A DNA stretch of 64,000 nucleotides from the human T2T-CHM13v2.0 reference genome, Homo sapiens (GCF_009914755.1 NC_060948.1), one strand, 5' to 3'; shown: positions 1 through 14,400, counted from the stretch's first letter. Notes: generated by a model not told the origin, from the sequence alone. Numbers and translations: made by a program.

Positions 1-796
1 TCGAATGTAATGGAATGTCATGGAATGGCATCAAATGGAATGGCATCAAATGGAATGGAATAGAATGCAATGGAATGCTAAGGAATGGAATGGAATGCAT
101 TGGAATGGAATGTCCTCTAATGGAATGGATTCGAGTGGAATGGAATCGAATATAATGGAGTCGAATGAAATGGAATTGGAAGGAATGGGATCGAATACAA
201 TGGAATATACTGGAATGTAATGTAATGAACTTGAATGTAATTGACTGGAATGGAATGTACATGAATGGAATGTAATCGAATGGAAAGTAATCCAATGGAA
301 TAGAATCTAATGCAATAAAATCGACTCAGATAGAGTAGAATGTAATGGAATGGAGTGCAGTGCAATGGAATGGAATGGAATGGAATGCAATGGAATGGAA
401 TGGAATGGAATGGAATGGAATGGAATGGAATGGGATGGAATGGTATGGAATGGACAGTAATGGACTGGAGTGAAATGGACTGGAAAGGAATGGACTCAAA
501 TTGAAAGGGCTCGAAAGGAATAGAGACAAATGGAATGGTCTGGAATGGAATGAACACGAATGTAATGCAATCCAATAGAATGGAATCGAATGGCATGGAA
601 TATAAAGAAATGGAATCGAAGAGAATGGAAACAAATGGAATGGAATTGAATGGAATGGAATTGAATGGAATGGGAACGAATGGAGTGAAATTGTATGCAG
701 TAGAAGGGAATAGAATGGAATGCAAGCGAAAGGAAAGGAATGGATTAGAATGGAATGGAATTCATTGGAATGGAAGGGAATGTAGTGTAATGGACA
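1..796 (+). repeat. DYZ1 unit U0 (partial, 3' end; units defined GGCC to GGCC)
   Basis: Matches the last ~800 bp of the following units; ends at the HaeIII site at 797. Confidence 0.9.
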
Positions 797-814
797 GGCC
801 TGGAATAAAGTGGA
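661..814 (+). other. DYZ1 diagnostic landmark: segment bounded by the classical Y-specific sexing PCR primer sites; contains EcoRI GAATTC (758-763) and StuI/HaeIII AGGCCT (796-801)
   Basis: TTGAATGGAATGGGAACGAATGG at 661-683 and GGACAGGCCTGGAATAAAGTGGA at 792-814 (reverse complement TCCACTTTATTCCAGGCCTGTCC), a 154 bp span that recurs once per unit. Primer identity is recalled from memory. Confidence 0.8.
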
Positions 815-1170
815 ATGCTACGGTCTCGAATGGAATAAAAATGTATGGAATGGAATGCAATGAAACGGAATCGAATGTGATAGAATGTAATGGAATGCAA
901 CAAAATGGAATCCAAAATCATTGACTGGAAAGGCTGGGTGTCGAAAGGAATTGACTCCAATGGAATGGAATCGAATGGAATGGAAGTGAATAGAATCGAA
1001 CTAAATCGAATGGAATGGAATTGATAGGAACGGAATGGAAAGGAATGCAATGATTTGGCATGGAATGGAATCGAATGGCATCGAATGGAATGGAATGGAA
1101 TGCAATGGAATGAATGTATTAGAATGTAATGAACTTTAATGGAATGTACTCGAATGGATTCGACTGGAAT

Positions 1171-1185
1171 GGAATGTTCTGGAAG
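1171..1185. promoter_or_regulatory. Consensus heat-shock element 1 (gGAAt gTTCt gGAAg), one per unit; function untested
   Basis: Exact match to the HSF consensus nGAAnnTTCnnGAAn. Seen at the equivalent position in U1-U18. Confidence 0.5.
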
Positions 1186-1450
1186 TGAATGGACTCCAAT
1201 GGAATGGATTCAAAAGGAATGGAATCGTACGGAATGGAATCCAATGGGATGGAATTAAATGGAAATGAATCAAATTGAATAGCACGGAATTGAATTGAAT
1301 GGAATGGAATGCAATGGAATCTAATGAAACGGAAAGGAAAGGAATGGAATGGAATGGAATGGGCTGGAATGGAAAGGAATCGAAACGAATGGAATGGAAT
1401 CGAACTGAAGAGACTGGAATGGAATGCACTGGAATGGAAGGGAGTGTAAT

Positions 1451-1465
1451 GGAAGGTTCTCGAAA
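1451..1465. promoter_or_regulatory. Consensus heat-shock element 2 (gGAAg gTTCt cGAAa), one per unit; function untested
   Basis: Exact match to nGAAnnTTCnnGAAn. Seen in U1-U18. Confidence 0.5.
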
Positions 1466-2471
1466 AAAATGGAATCGAATGGAATGGAATTGAATGGAAC
1501 GGAATAGAGTCGAATGGAATTGAATGGAATGGAATGGACTAGAGTGAAATGGAATCGAACCAGAAGGAATGGACAGGAATAGAATGGTCTCGAATTGAAT
1601 GGAATCGTATGGAATGGCATCAAACGGAATGGAATGGACAGCCACGGAATGGAATGCACTCGAATGCAATGGAGTCGAAACTAATGGACTGGAATAGAAT
1701 GGACTCGACTGGTACGGACTCCAATGGAATGGAATCGAATGGAAGGGAATCGAACGGAATGGACTCGAAGGGAAAAGACTGCAATGGAAAGGTCTCGAAT
1801 GGAATGGAAATTAATGGAATGGAATGGAATCGAATGAAATGGAGTCAAAAGGAATGGAATCGAATGGCAAGAAATCGAATGTAATGGAATCGCAAGGAAT
1901 TGATGTGAACGGAACGGAATGGAATGGAATCCAAAGGAATGGAATAGAATGGAATGGAATCGAATGGAAAGGACTCGAATGGAAATCACTGGAATAGAAT
2001 GCAATTTAATAAAATAGGATCAAATGTAATGGAATGGAATGGAAAGGAATCGAAATGAAAGGAATGGAGACAGATGGAATGGAATGGAACAGAGAGCAAT
2101 GGTATAGAATGGAATGGAATCATCTGGAATGGAATTGAATGGAATGGAATAATATGAAATGGAATGGAATGGAATGGAATGGAATGGAATGCCCTTGAAT
2201 TAAATGGACTGGACTCGAACAGAGTGGAATGGAAAGTGTTGAGATAGAATGGAATGGACTCCTTTGGAATGGTGTAGTATGCAATGCAATCGACTGGCAT
2301 GGAATCAAAAGGAATGTAATGGAATGGATTGGACTGGAATGCAATGGACTCGAATAGATTGCAAACGGAATGCAAAGGAATGGAATGGAATAGTATGGAA
2401 TGGAATGGAAAGGAATGGAGTGGAATAGACTAGAGTGGAATGGAATGGACTGGAAAGCAATGGCCTGGAAT

Positions 2472-2486
2472 GGAACTTTCTTGAAT
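2472..2486. promoter_or_regulatory. Consensus heat-shock element 3 (gGAAc tTTCt tGAAt), one per unit; function untested
   Basis: Exact match to nGAAnnTTCnnGAAn. Seen in U1-U18; the U14 variant (GAAcaTTCttGAA, ~48652) keeps the consensus. Confidence 0.5.
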
Positions 2487-4364
2487 GGACTGGAATCAAA
2501 CGGAATGGAATGCAATGCAATCAAATGGCATGGAATAAAATAGAATGAAAGAGAATCAAATGGAATTGAATCGAATGGAATCGAATGGATTGGAAAGGAA
2601 TAGAATGGAATGGAATGGAATTGACTCAAATGGAATGGACTAGAATGGAATGGATTCGAATGGAAGGCAAAGGAATGGAATCTATTGGAATGGACTGTAA
2701 TGGAATGGAATGGAAGGGATTGGAATGGACTCGAATGGAATGGACTGCAATAGAAAGGATTCGAATGGAATGAAAAAGAATTGAATGGAATAGAACAGAA
2801 TGGAATCAAATCGAATGAAATGGAATGGAATAGAAAGGAATGGAATGAAATGGAATGGAAAGGATTCGAATGGAATGCAATCGAATGGAATGGAATCGAA
2901 CGGAATGGAATAAAATGGAAGAAAACAGGCAAGAAATGGAATCGAAAGGAATGGAGTGTTATGGAACGGACTCAAAAGGAATTGAATGTAATAGAATGGA
3001 GTGGAGTGGACTCGAATATAATGGACTGGAATGGAATGAAATCACATGGAATGGGAACGAATGGAATGGAATGGAAAGGAATGGAATCGAATGGAAAGGA
3101 ATCGAATGGAAGGGAATGAAATTGAATCAACAGGAATGGAAGGGAATAGAATAGACGGTAATGGAATGGACTCGAATAGAATGGACACGAATGCTCAAAT
3201 TGAATGGACTCGAATGGAATGGAAACGAAAGGAATGTCATCGAATGGAATTGAATCGATTGGAATGAAATCGCATAGAATGGAGTGGAATCAAATGGAAT
3301 TGAATCGAAAGGAAAGGAAGCGAATGGACTGAAATGAAATGGAATGGAATTGAATGGAAAGTAATGCAATGGAATAGAATGGAACGAAATTTCACGGAAT
3401 GGAATCAAACTGAATGGAATCAAATCAATGGAATCAAATCAAATGGAATGGAAAGGAATTGAATGGAGTAGATTGGATTGGATTGGATTGGAATGAAATG
3501 TACTGGAAAGGACTCGAATTTCATGAAACGGAATGGAATGAATTGGAACGGAATGGACTCGAATGGAATGGAATGTCATGGAATGGCATCAAATGGAATG
3601 GCATCAAATGGAATGGAATCGAATGCAATGGAATGCTATGGAATGGAATGGAATGCATTGGAATGGAATGTCCTCTAATGGAATGGATTCGAGTGGAATG
3701 GAATCGAATATAATGGAGTCGAATGAAATGGAATTGAAAGGAATGGGATCGAATACAATGGAATATACTGGAATGTAATGTAATGAACTCGAATGTAATT
3801 GACTGGAATGGAATGTACATGAATGGAATGTAATCGAATGGAAAGTAATCCAATGGAATAGAATCTAATGCAATAAAATCGACTCAGATAGAGTAGAATG
3901 TAATGGAATGGAGTGCAGTGCAATGCAATGGAATGGAATGGAATGCAATGGAATGGAATGGAATGGAATGGAATGGAATGGAATGGAATGGAATGGAATG
4001 GGATGGAATGGTATGGAATGGATAGTAGTGGACTGGAGTGAAATGGACTGGAAAGGAATGGACTCAAATTGAAAGGGCTCGAAAGGAATGGAGTCAAATG
4101 GAATGGTCTGGAATGGAATGAACACGAATGTAATGCAATCCAATAGAATGGAATCGAATGGCATGGAATATAAAGAAATGGAATCGAAGAGAATGGAAAC
4201 AAATGGAATGGAATTGAATGGAATGGAATTGAATGGAATGGGAACGAATGGAGTGAAATTGTATGCAGTAGAAGGGAATAGAATGGAATGCAAGCGAAAG
4301 GAAAGGAATGGATTGGAATGGAATGGAATTCATTGGAATGGAAGGGAATGTAGTGTAATGGACA

Positions 4365-7300
4365 GGCCTGGAATAAAGTGGAATGCTACGGTCTCGAATG
4401 GAATAAAAATGTATGGAATGGAATGCAATGAAACGGAATCGAATGTCATAGAATGTAATGGAATGCAAAAAAATGGAATCCAAAATCATTGACTGGAAAG
4501 GCTGGGTGTCGAAAGGAATTGACTCCAATGGAATGGAATCGAATGGAGTGGAAGTGAATAGAATCGAACTAAATCGAATGGAATGGAATTGATAGGAACG
4601 GAATGGAAAGGAATGCAATGATTTGGCACGGAATGGAATCGAATGGCATCGAATGGAATGGAATGGAATGCAATGGAATGGAACGTATTAGAATGTAATG
4701 AACTTTAATGGAATGTACTCGAATGGATTCGACTGGAATGGAATGTTCTGGAAGTGAATGGACTCCAATGGAATGGATTCTAAAGGAATGGAATCGTACG
4801 GAATGGAATCTAATGGAATGGAATTAAATGGAAATGAATCAAATTGAATAGCACGGAATTGAATTGAATGGAATGGAATGCAATGGAATCTAATGAAACG
4901 GAAAGGAAAGGAATGGAATGGAATGGAATGGGCTGGAATGGAAAGGAATCGAAACGAATGGAATGGAATCGAACTGAAGAGACTGGAATGGAATGCACTG
5001 GAATGGAAGGGAGTGTAATGGAAGGTTCTCGAAAAAAATGGAATCGAATGGAATGGAATTGAATGGAACGGAATAGAGTCGAATGGAATTGAATGGAATG
5101 GAATGGACTAGAGTGAAATGGAATCGAACCACAAGGAATGGACAGGAATAGAATGGTCTCGAATTGAATGGAATCGTATGGAATGGCATCAAACGGAATG
5201 GAATGGACAGCCACGGAATGGAATGCACTCGAATGCAATGGAGTCGAAACTAATGGACTGGAATAGAATGGACTCGACTGGTACGGACTCCAATGGAATG
5301 GAATCGAATGGAAGGGAATCGAACGGAATGGACTCGAAGGGAAAAGACTGCAATGGAAAGGTCTCGAATGGAATGGAAATAAATGGAATGGAATGGAATC
5401 GAATGAAATGGAGTCAAAAGGAATGGAATCGAATGGCAAGAAATCGAATGTAATGGAATCGCAAGGAATTGATGTGAACGGAACGGAATGGAATGGAATC
5501 CAAAGGAATGGAATAGAATGGAATGGAATCGAATGGAAAGGACTCGAATGGAAATCACTCGAATAGAATGCAATTTAATAAAATAGGACCAAATGTAATG
5601 GAATGGAATGGAAAGGAATCGAAACGGAAGGAATGGAGACAGATGGAATGGAATGGAACAGAGAGCAATGGTATAGAATGGAATGGAATCATCTGGAATG
5701 GAATGGAATGGAATGGAATGAAATGCCCTTGAATTAAATGGACTGGAATGGAATGGACTCGAACAGAGTGGAATGGAAAGTGTTGAGATAGAATGGAATG
5801 GACTCTTTTGGAATGGTCTAGTATGCAATGCAATCGACTGGCAGGGAATCAAAAGGAATGTAATCGAATGGATTGGACTGGAATGCAATGGACTTGAATA
5901 GATTGCAAACGGGATGCAAAGGAATGGAATGGAATAGTATGGAATGGAATGGAAAGGAATGGAGTGGAATAGACTAGAGTGGAATTGAATGGACTGGAAA
6001 GAAATGGACTGGAATGGAACTTTCTTGAATGGACTGGAATCAAACGGAATGGAATGCAATGCAATCAAATGGCATGGAATAAAATAGAATGAAAGAGAAT
6101 CAAATGGAATTGAATCGAATGGAATCGAATGGATTGGAAAGGAATAGAATGGAATGGAATGGAATTGACTCAAATGGAATGGACTAGAATGGAATGGATT
6201 CTAATGGAAGGCAAAGGAATGGAATCTATTGGAATGGACTGTAATGGAATGGAATGGAAGGGATTGGAATGGACTCGAATGGAATGGACTGCAATAGAAA
6301 GGATTCGAATGGAATGAAAAAGAATTGAATGGAATAAAACAGAATGGAATGAAATCGAATGAAATGGAATGGAATAGAAAGGAATGGAATGAAATGGAAT
6401 GGAAAGGATTCGAATGGAATGCAATCGAATGGAATGGAATCGAACGGAATGGAATAAAATGGAAGAAAACTGGCAAGAAATGGAATCGAAATGAATGGAG
6501 TGTTATGGAACGGACTCAAAAGGAATTGAATGTAATAGAATGGAGTGGAGTGGACTCGAATATAATGGACTGGAATGGAATGAAATCACATGGAATGGGA
6601 ACGAATGGAATGGAATGGAAAGGAATGGAATCGAATGGAAAGGAATCGAATGGAAGGGAATGAAATTGAATCAACAGGAATGGAAGGGAATAGAATAGAC
6701 GGTAATGGAATGGACTCGAATAGAATGGACACGAATGCTCAAATTGAATGGACTCGAATGGAATGGAAACGAAAGGAATGTCATCGAATGGAATTGAATC
6801 GATTGGAATGAAATCGCATAGAATGGAGTGGAATCAAATGGAATTGAATTGAAAGGAAAGGAAGCGAATGGACTGAAATGAAATGGAATGGAATTGAATG
6901 GAAAGTAATGCAATGGAATAGAATGGAACGAAATTTCACGGAATGGAATCAAACTGAATGGAATCAAATCAATGGAATCAAATAAAATGGAATGGAAAGG
7001 AATTGAATGGAGTAGATTGGATTGGATGGGATTGGAATGAAATGTACTGGAAAGGACTCGAATTTCATGAAACGGAATGGAATGAATTGGAACGGAATGG
7101 ACTCGAATGGAATGGAATGTCATGGAATGGCATCAAATGGAATGGCATCAAATGGAATGGAATCGAATGCAATGGAATGCTATGGAATGGAATGGAATGC
7201 ATTGGAATGGAATGTCCCCTAATGGAATGGATTCGAGTGGAATGGAATCGAATATAATGGAGTCGAATGAAATGGAATTGAAAGGAATGGGATCGAATAG

Positions 7301-7908
7301 AATGGAATATACTGGAATGTAATGTAATGAACTCGAATGTAATTGACTGGAATGGAATGTACATGAATGGAATGTAATCGAATGGAAAGTAATCCAATGG
7401 AATAGAATCTAATGCAATAAAACCGACTCAGATAGAGTAGAATGTAATGGAATGGAGTGCAGTGCAATGGAAGGGAATGGAATTGAATGCAATGGAATGG
7501 AATGGAATGGAATGGAATGGAATGGAATGGAATGGAATGGAATGGGATGGAATGGTATGGAATGGATAGTAATGGACTGGAGTGAAATGGACTGGAAAGG
7601 AATGGACTCAAATTGAAAGGGCTCGAAAGGAATGGAGTCAAATGGAATGGTCTGGAATGGAATGAACACGAATGTAATGCAATCCAATAGAATGGAATCG
7701 AATGGCATGGAATATAAAGAAATGGAATCGAAGAGAATGGAAACAAATGGAATGGAATTGAATGGAATGGAATTGAATGGAATGGGAACGAATGGAGTGA
7801 AATTGTATGCAGTAGAAGGGAATAGAATGGAATGCAAGCGAAAGGAAAGGAATGGATTGGAATGGAATGGAATTCATTGGAATGGAAGGGAATGTAGTGT
7901 AATGGACA
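4365..7908 (+). repeat. DYZ1 unit U2, 3544 bp
   Basis: GGCC at 4365 and 7909. Private 30-bp deletion at ~5700-5725. Confidence 0.92.
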
Positions 7909-10900
7909 GGCCTGGAATAAAGTGGAATGCTACGGTCTCGAATGGAATAAAAATGTATGGAATGGAATGCAATGAAACGGAATCGAATGTCATAGAATGT
8001 AATGGAATGCAAAAAAATGGAATCCAAAATCATTGACTGGAAAGGCTGGGTGTCGAAAGGAATTGACTCCAATGGAATGGAATCGAATGGAATGGAAGTG
8101 AACAGAATCGAACTAAATCGAATGGAATGGAATTGATAGGAACGGAATGGAAAGGAATGCAATGATTTGGCATGGAATGGAATCGAATGGCATCGAATGG
8201 AATGGAATGGAATGCAATGGAATGGAATGTATTAGAATGTAATGAACTTTAATGGAATGTACTCGAATGGATTCGACTGGAATGGAATGTTCTGGAAGTG
8301 AATGGACTCCAATGGAATGGATTCCAAAGGAATGGAATCGTACGGAATGGAATCTAATGGAATGGAATTAAATGGAAATGAATCAAATTGAATAGCACGG
8401 AATTGAATTGAATGGAATGGAATGCAATGGAATCTAATGAAACGGAAAGGAAACGAATGGAATGGAATGGAATGGACTGGAATGGAAAGGAATCGAAACG
8501 AATGGAATGGAATCGAACTGAAGAGACTGGAATGGAATGCACTGGAATGGAAGGGAGTGTAATGGAAGGTTCTCGAAAAAAATGGAATCGAATGGAATGG
8601 AATTGAATGGAACGGAATAGAGTCGAATGGAATTGAATGGAATGGAATGGACTAGAGTGAAATGGAATCGAACCACAAGGAATGGACATGAATAGAATGG
8701 TCTCGAATTGAATGGAATCGTATGGAATGGCATCAAACGGAATGGAATGGACAGCCACGGAATGGAATGCACTCGAATGCAATGGAGTCGAAACTAATGG
8801 ACTGGAATAGAATGGACTCGACTGGTACGGACTCCAATGGAATGGAATAGAATGGAAGGGAATCGAACGGAATGGACTCGAAGGGAAATGACTGCAATGG
8901 AAAGGTCTCGAATGGAATGGAAATTAATGGAATGGAATGGAATCGAATGAAATGGAGTCAAAAGGAATGGAATCGAATGGCAAGAAATCGAATGTAATGG
9001 AATCACAAGGAATTGATGTGAACGGAACGGAATGGAATGGAATCCAAAGGAATGGAATAGAATGGAATGGAATCGAATGGAAAGGACTCGAATGGAAATC
9101 ACTCGAATCGAATGCAATTTAATAAAATAGGATCAAATGTAATGGAATGGAATGGAAAGGAATCGAAACGAAAGGAATGGAGACAGATGGAATGGAATGG
9201 AACAGAGAGCAATGGTATAGAATGGAATGGAATCATCTGGAATGGAATTGAATGGAATGGAATAATATGAAATGGAATGGAATGGAATGGAATGGAATGC
9301 CCTTGAATTAAATGGACTGGAATGGAATGGACTCGAACAGAGTGGAATGGAAAGTGTTGAGATAGAATGGAATGGACTCCTTTGGAATGGTGTAGTATGC
9401 AATGCAATCGACTGGCATTGAATCAAAAGGAATGTAATCGAATGGATTGGACTGGAATGCAATGGACTCGAATAGATTGCAAACGGAATGCAAAGGAATG
9501 GAATGGAATATTATGGAATGGAATGGAAAGGAATGGAGTGGAATAGACTAGAGTGGAATGGAATGGACTGGAAAGAAATGGACTGGAATGGAACTTTCTT
9601 GAATGGACTGGAATCAAACGGAATGGAATGCAATGCAATCAAATGGCATGGAATAAAATAGAATGAAAGAGAATCAAATGGAATTGAATCGAATGGAATC
9701 GAATGGATTGGAAAGGAATAGAATGGAATGGAATGGAATTGAGTCAAATGGAATGGACTAGAATGGAATGGATTCGAATGGAAGGCAAAGGAATGGAATC
9801 TATTGGAATGGACTGTAATGGAATGGAATGGAAGGGATTGGAATGGACTCGAATGGAATGGACTGCAATAGAAAGGAATCGAATGGAATGAAAAAGAATT
9901 GAATGGAATAAAACAGAATGGAATGAAATCGAATGAAATGGAAAAGAATAGAAAGGAATGGAATGAAATGGAATGGAAAGGATTCGAATGGAATGCAATC
10001 GAATGGAATGGAATCGAACGGAATGGAATAAAATGGAAGAAAACTGGCAAGAAATGGAATCGAAATGAATGGACTGTTATGGAACGGACTCAAAAGGAAT
10101 TGAATGTAATAGAATGGAGTGGAGTGGACTCGAATATAATGGACTGGAATGGAATGAAATCACATGGAATGGGAACGAATGGAAAGGAATGGAATCGAAT
10201 GGAAAGGAATCGAATGGAAGGGAATGAAATTGAATCAACAGGAATGGAAGGGAATAGAATAGACGGTAATGGAATGGACTCGAATAGAATGGACACGAAT
10301 GCTCAAATTGAATGGACTCGAATGGAATGGAAACGAAAGGAATGTCATCGAATGGAATTGAATCGATTGGAATGAAATCGCATAGAATGGAGTGGAATCA
10401 AATGGAATTGAATCGAAAGGAAAGGAAGCGAATGGACTGAAATGAAATGGAATGGAATTGAATGGAAAGTAATGCAATGGAATAGAATGGAACGAAATTT
10501 CACGGAATGGAATCAAACTGAATGGAATCAAATCAATGGAATATAATCAAATGGAATGGAAAGGAATTGAATGGAGTAGATTGGATTGGATGGGATTGGA
10601 ATGAAATGTACTGGAAAGGACTCGAATTTCATGAAACGGAATGGAATGAATTGGAACGGAATGGACTCGAATGGAATGGAATGTCATGGAATGGCATCAA
10701 ATGCAATGGCATCAAATGGAATGGAATCGAATGCAATGGAATGCTATGGAATGGAATGGAATGCATTGGAATGGAATGTCCTCTAATGGAATGGATTCGA
10801 GTGGAATGGAATCGAATATAATGGAGTCGAATGAAATGGAATTGAAAGGAATGGGATCGAATACAATGGAATATACTGGAATGTAATGTAATGAACTCGA

Positions 10901-11447
10901 ATGTAATTGACTGGAATGGAATGTACATGAATGGAATGTAATCGAATGGAAAGTAATCCAATGGAATAGAATCTAATGCAATAAAATCGACTCAGATAGA
11001 GTAGCATGTAATGGAATGGAGTGCAGTGCAATGGAATGGAATGGAATGGAATGCAATGGAATGGAATGGAATGGAATGTGATGGGATGGAATGGTATGGA
11101 ATGGATAGTAATGGACTGGAGTGAAATGGACTGGAAAGGAATGGACTCAAATTGAAAGGGCTCGAAAGGAATGGAGTCAAATGGAATGGTCTGGAATGGA
11201 ATGAACACGAATGTAATGCAATCCAATAGAATGGAATCGAATGGCATGGAATATAAAGAAATGGAATCGAAGAGAATGGAAACAAATGGAATGGAATTGA
11301 ATGGAATGGAATTGAATGGAATGGGAACGAATGGAGTGAAATTGTATGCAGTAGAAGAGAATAGAATGGAATGCAAGCGAAAGGAAAGGAATGGATTGGA
11401 ATGGAATGGAATTCATTGGAATGGAAGGGAATGTAGTGTAATGGACA
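7909..11447 (+). repeat. DYZ1 unit U3, 3539 bp
   Basis: GGCC at 7909 and 11448. Near-copy of U5. Confidence 0.92.
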
Positions 11448-14400
11448 GGCCTGGAATAAAGTGGAATGCTACGGTCTCGAATGGAATAAAAATGTATGGA
11501 ATGGAATGCAATGAAACGGAATCGAATGTCATAGAATGTAATGGAATGCAAAAAAATGGAATCCAAAATCATTGACTGGAAAGGCTGGGTGTCGAAAGGA
11601 ATTGACTCCAATGGAATGGAATCGAATGGAATGGAAGTGAATAGAATCGAACTAAATCGAATGGAATGGAATTGATAGGAACGGAATGGAAAAGAATGCA
11701 ATGATTTGGCATGGAATGGAATCGAATGGCATCGAATGGAATGGAATGGAATGCAATGGAATGGAATGTATTAGAATGTAATGAACTTTAATGGAATGTA
11801 CTCGAATGGATTCGACTGGAATGGAATGTTCTGGAAGTGAATGGACTCCAATGGAATGGATTCAAAAGGAATGGAATCGTACGGAATGGAAACTAATGGA
11901 ATGGAATTAAATGGAAATGAATCAAATTGAATAGCACGGAATTGAATTGAATGGAATCGAATGCAATGGAATCTAATGAAACGGAAAGGAAAGGAATGGA
12001 ATGGAATGGAATGGGCTGGAATGGAAAGGAATCGAAACGAATGGAATGGAATCGAACTGAAGAGACTGGAATGGAATGCACTGGAATGGAAGGGAGTGTA
12101 ATGGAAGGTTCTCGAAAAAAATGGAATCGAATGGAATGGAATTGAATGGAACGGAATAGAGTCGAATGGAATTGAATGGAATGGAATGGACTAGAGTGAA
12201 ATGGAATTGAACCACAAGGAATGGACAGGAATAGAATGGTCTCGAATTGAATGGAATCGTATGGAATGGCATCAAACGGAATGGAATGGACAGCCACGGA
12301 ATGGAATGCACTCGAATGCAATGGAGTCGAAACTAAAGGACTGGAATAGAATGGACTCGACTGGTACGGACTCCAATGGAATGGAATCGAATGGAAGGGA
12401 ATCGATCGGAATGGACTCGAAGGGAAAAGACTGCAATGGAAAGGTCTCGAATGGAATGGAAATTAATGGAATGGAATGGAATCGAATGAAATGGAGTCAA
12501 AAGGAATGGAATCGAATGGCAAGAAATCGAATGTAATGGAATCGCAAGGAATTGATGTGAACGGAACGGAAAGGAATGGAATCCAAAGGAATGGAATAGA
12601 ATGGAATGGAATCGAATGGAAAGGACTCGAATGGAAATCACTCGAATCGAATGCAATTTAATAAAATAGGATCAAATGTAATGGAATGGAATGGAAAGGA
12701 ATCGAAACGAAAGGAATGGAGACAGATGGAATGGAATGGAACAGAGAGCAATGGTATAGAATGGAATGGAATCATCTGGAATGGAATTGAATGGAATGGA
12801 ATAATATGAAATGGAATGGAATGGAATGGAATGGAATGCCCTTGAATTAAATGGACTGGAATGGAATGGACTCGAACAGAGTGGAATGGAAAGTGTTGAG
12901 ATAGAATGGAATGGACTCCTTTGGAATGGTCTAGTATGCAATGCAATCGACTGGCAGGGAATCAAAAGGAAGGTAATCGAATGGATTGGACTGGAATGCA
13001 ATGGACTCGAATAGATTGCAAACGGAATGCAAAGGAATGGAATGGAATATTATGGAATGGAATGGAAAGGAATGGAGTGGAATAGACTAGAGTGGAATGG
13101 AATGGACTGGAAAGAAATGGACTGGAATGGAACTTTCTTGAATGGACTGGAATCAAACGGAATGGAATGCAATGCAATCAAATGGCATGGAATAAAATAG
13201 AATGAAAGAGAATCAAATGGAATTGAATCGAATGGAATCGAATGGATTGGAAAGGAATAGAATGGAATGGAATGGAATTGACTCAAATGGAATGGACTAG
13301 AATGGAATGGATTCGAATGGAAGGCAAAGGAATGGAATCTATTGGAATGGACTGTAATGGAATGGAATGGAAGGGATTGGAATGGACTCGAATGGAATGG
13401 ACTGCAATAGAAAGGAATCGAATGGAATGAAAAAGAATTGAATGGAATAAAACAGAATGGAATGAAATCGAATGAAATGGAAAAGAATAGAAAGGAATGG
13501 AATGAAATGGAATGGAAAGGATTCGAATGGAATGCAATCGAATGGAATGGAATCGAACGGAATGGAATAAAATGGAAGAAAACTGGCAAGAAATGGAATC
13601 GAAATGAATGGACTGTTATGGAACGGACTCAAAAGGAATTGAATGTAATAGAATGGAGTGGAGTGGACTCGAATATAATGGACTGGAATGGAATGAAATC
13701 ACATGGAATGGGAACGAATGGAAAGGAATGGAATCGAATGGAAAGGAATCGAATGGAAGGGAATGAAATTGAATCAACAGGAATGGAAGGGAATAGAATA
13801 GACGGTAATGGAATGGACTCGAATAGAATGGACACGAATGCTCAAATTGAATGGACTCGAATGGAATGGAAACGAAAGGAATGTCATCGAATGGAATTGA
13901 ATCGATTGGAATGAAATCGCATAGAATGGAGTGGAATCAAATGGAATTGAATCGAAAGGAAAGGAAGCGAATGGACTGAAATGAAATGGAATGGAATTGA
14001 ATGGAAAGTAATGCAATGGAATAGAATGGAACGAAATTTCACGGAATGGAATCAAACTGAATGGAATCAAATCAATGGAATCAAATCAAATGGAATGGAA
14101 AGGAATTGAATGGAGTAGATTGGATTGGATGGGATTGGAATGAAATGTACTGGAAAGGACTCGAATTTCATGAAACGGAATGGAATGAATTGGAACGGAA
14201 TGGACTCGAATGGAATGGAATGTCATGGAATGGCATCAAATGGAATGGCATCAAATGGAATGGAATCGAATGCAATGGAATGCTATGGAATGGAATGGAA
14301 TGCATTGGAATGGAATGTCCTCTAATGGAATGGATTCGAGTGGAATGGAATCGAATATAATGGAGTCGAATGAAATGGAATTGAAAGGAATGGGATCGAA

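Larger units (their letters stand above)
797..4364 (+). repeat. DYZ1 unit U1, 3568 bp
   Basis: GGCC at 797 and 4365. 1-bp deletion at ~1112, 10-bp deletion at ~2210, extra GGCC at 2462. Confidence 0.92.

Noticed and set aside
926-945. Non-pentamer-looking island GGAAAGGCTGGGTGTCG as an Alu or other insertion remnant
   Set aside because: Only ~10 bp resembles an Alu start. It stays in the 5-bp register and has no target-site duplication or poly-A, so it is best read as diverged pentamers.
2116-2130. GGAATCATCTGGAAT resembling the HSat2 GGAATCATCGAAT motif
   Set aside because: A single imperfect occurrence per unit; the array lacks the dense HSat2 motif periodicity, so it is HSat3.
314-2914. 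AATAAA hexamers on the + strand (314, 804, 834, 2008, 2534, 2909; repeated per unit) as polyadenylation signals
   Set aside because: They arise readily from GGAAT followed by an A-rich variant pentamer. There is no clear downstream GU/U-rich element and no transcript evidence available here.
3375-3530. Additional HSE-like strings GAAATTTCACGG (~3386) and CGAATTTCATGAA (~3515)
   Set aside because: The TTC is out of register with the flanking pentamers, giving at most two correctly spaced units, so these were not counted as canonical HSEs.
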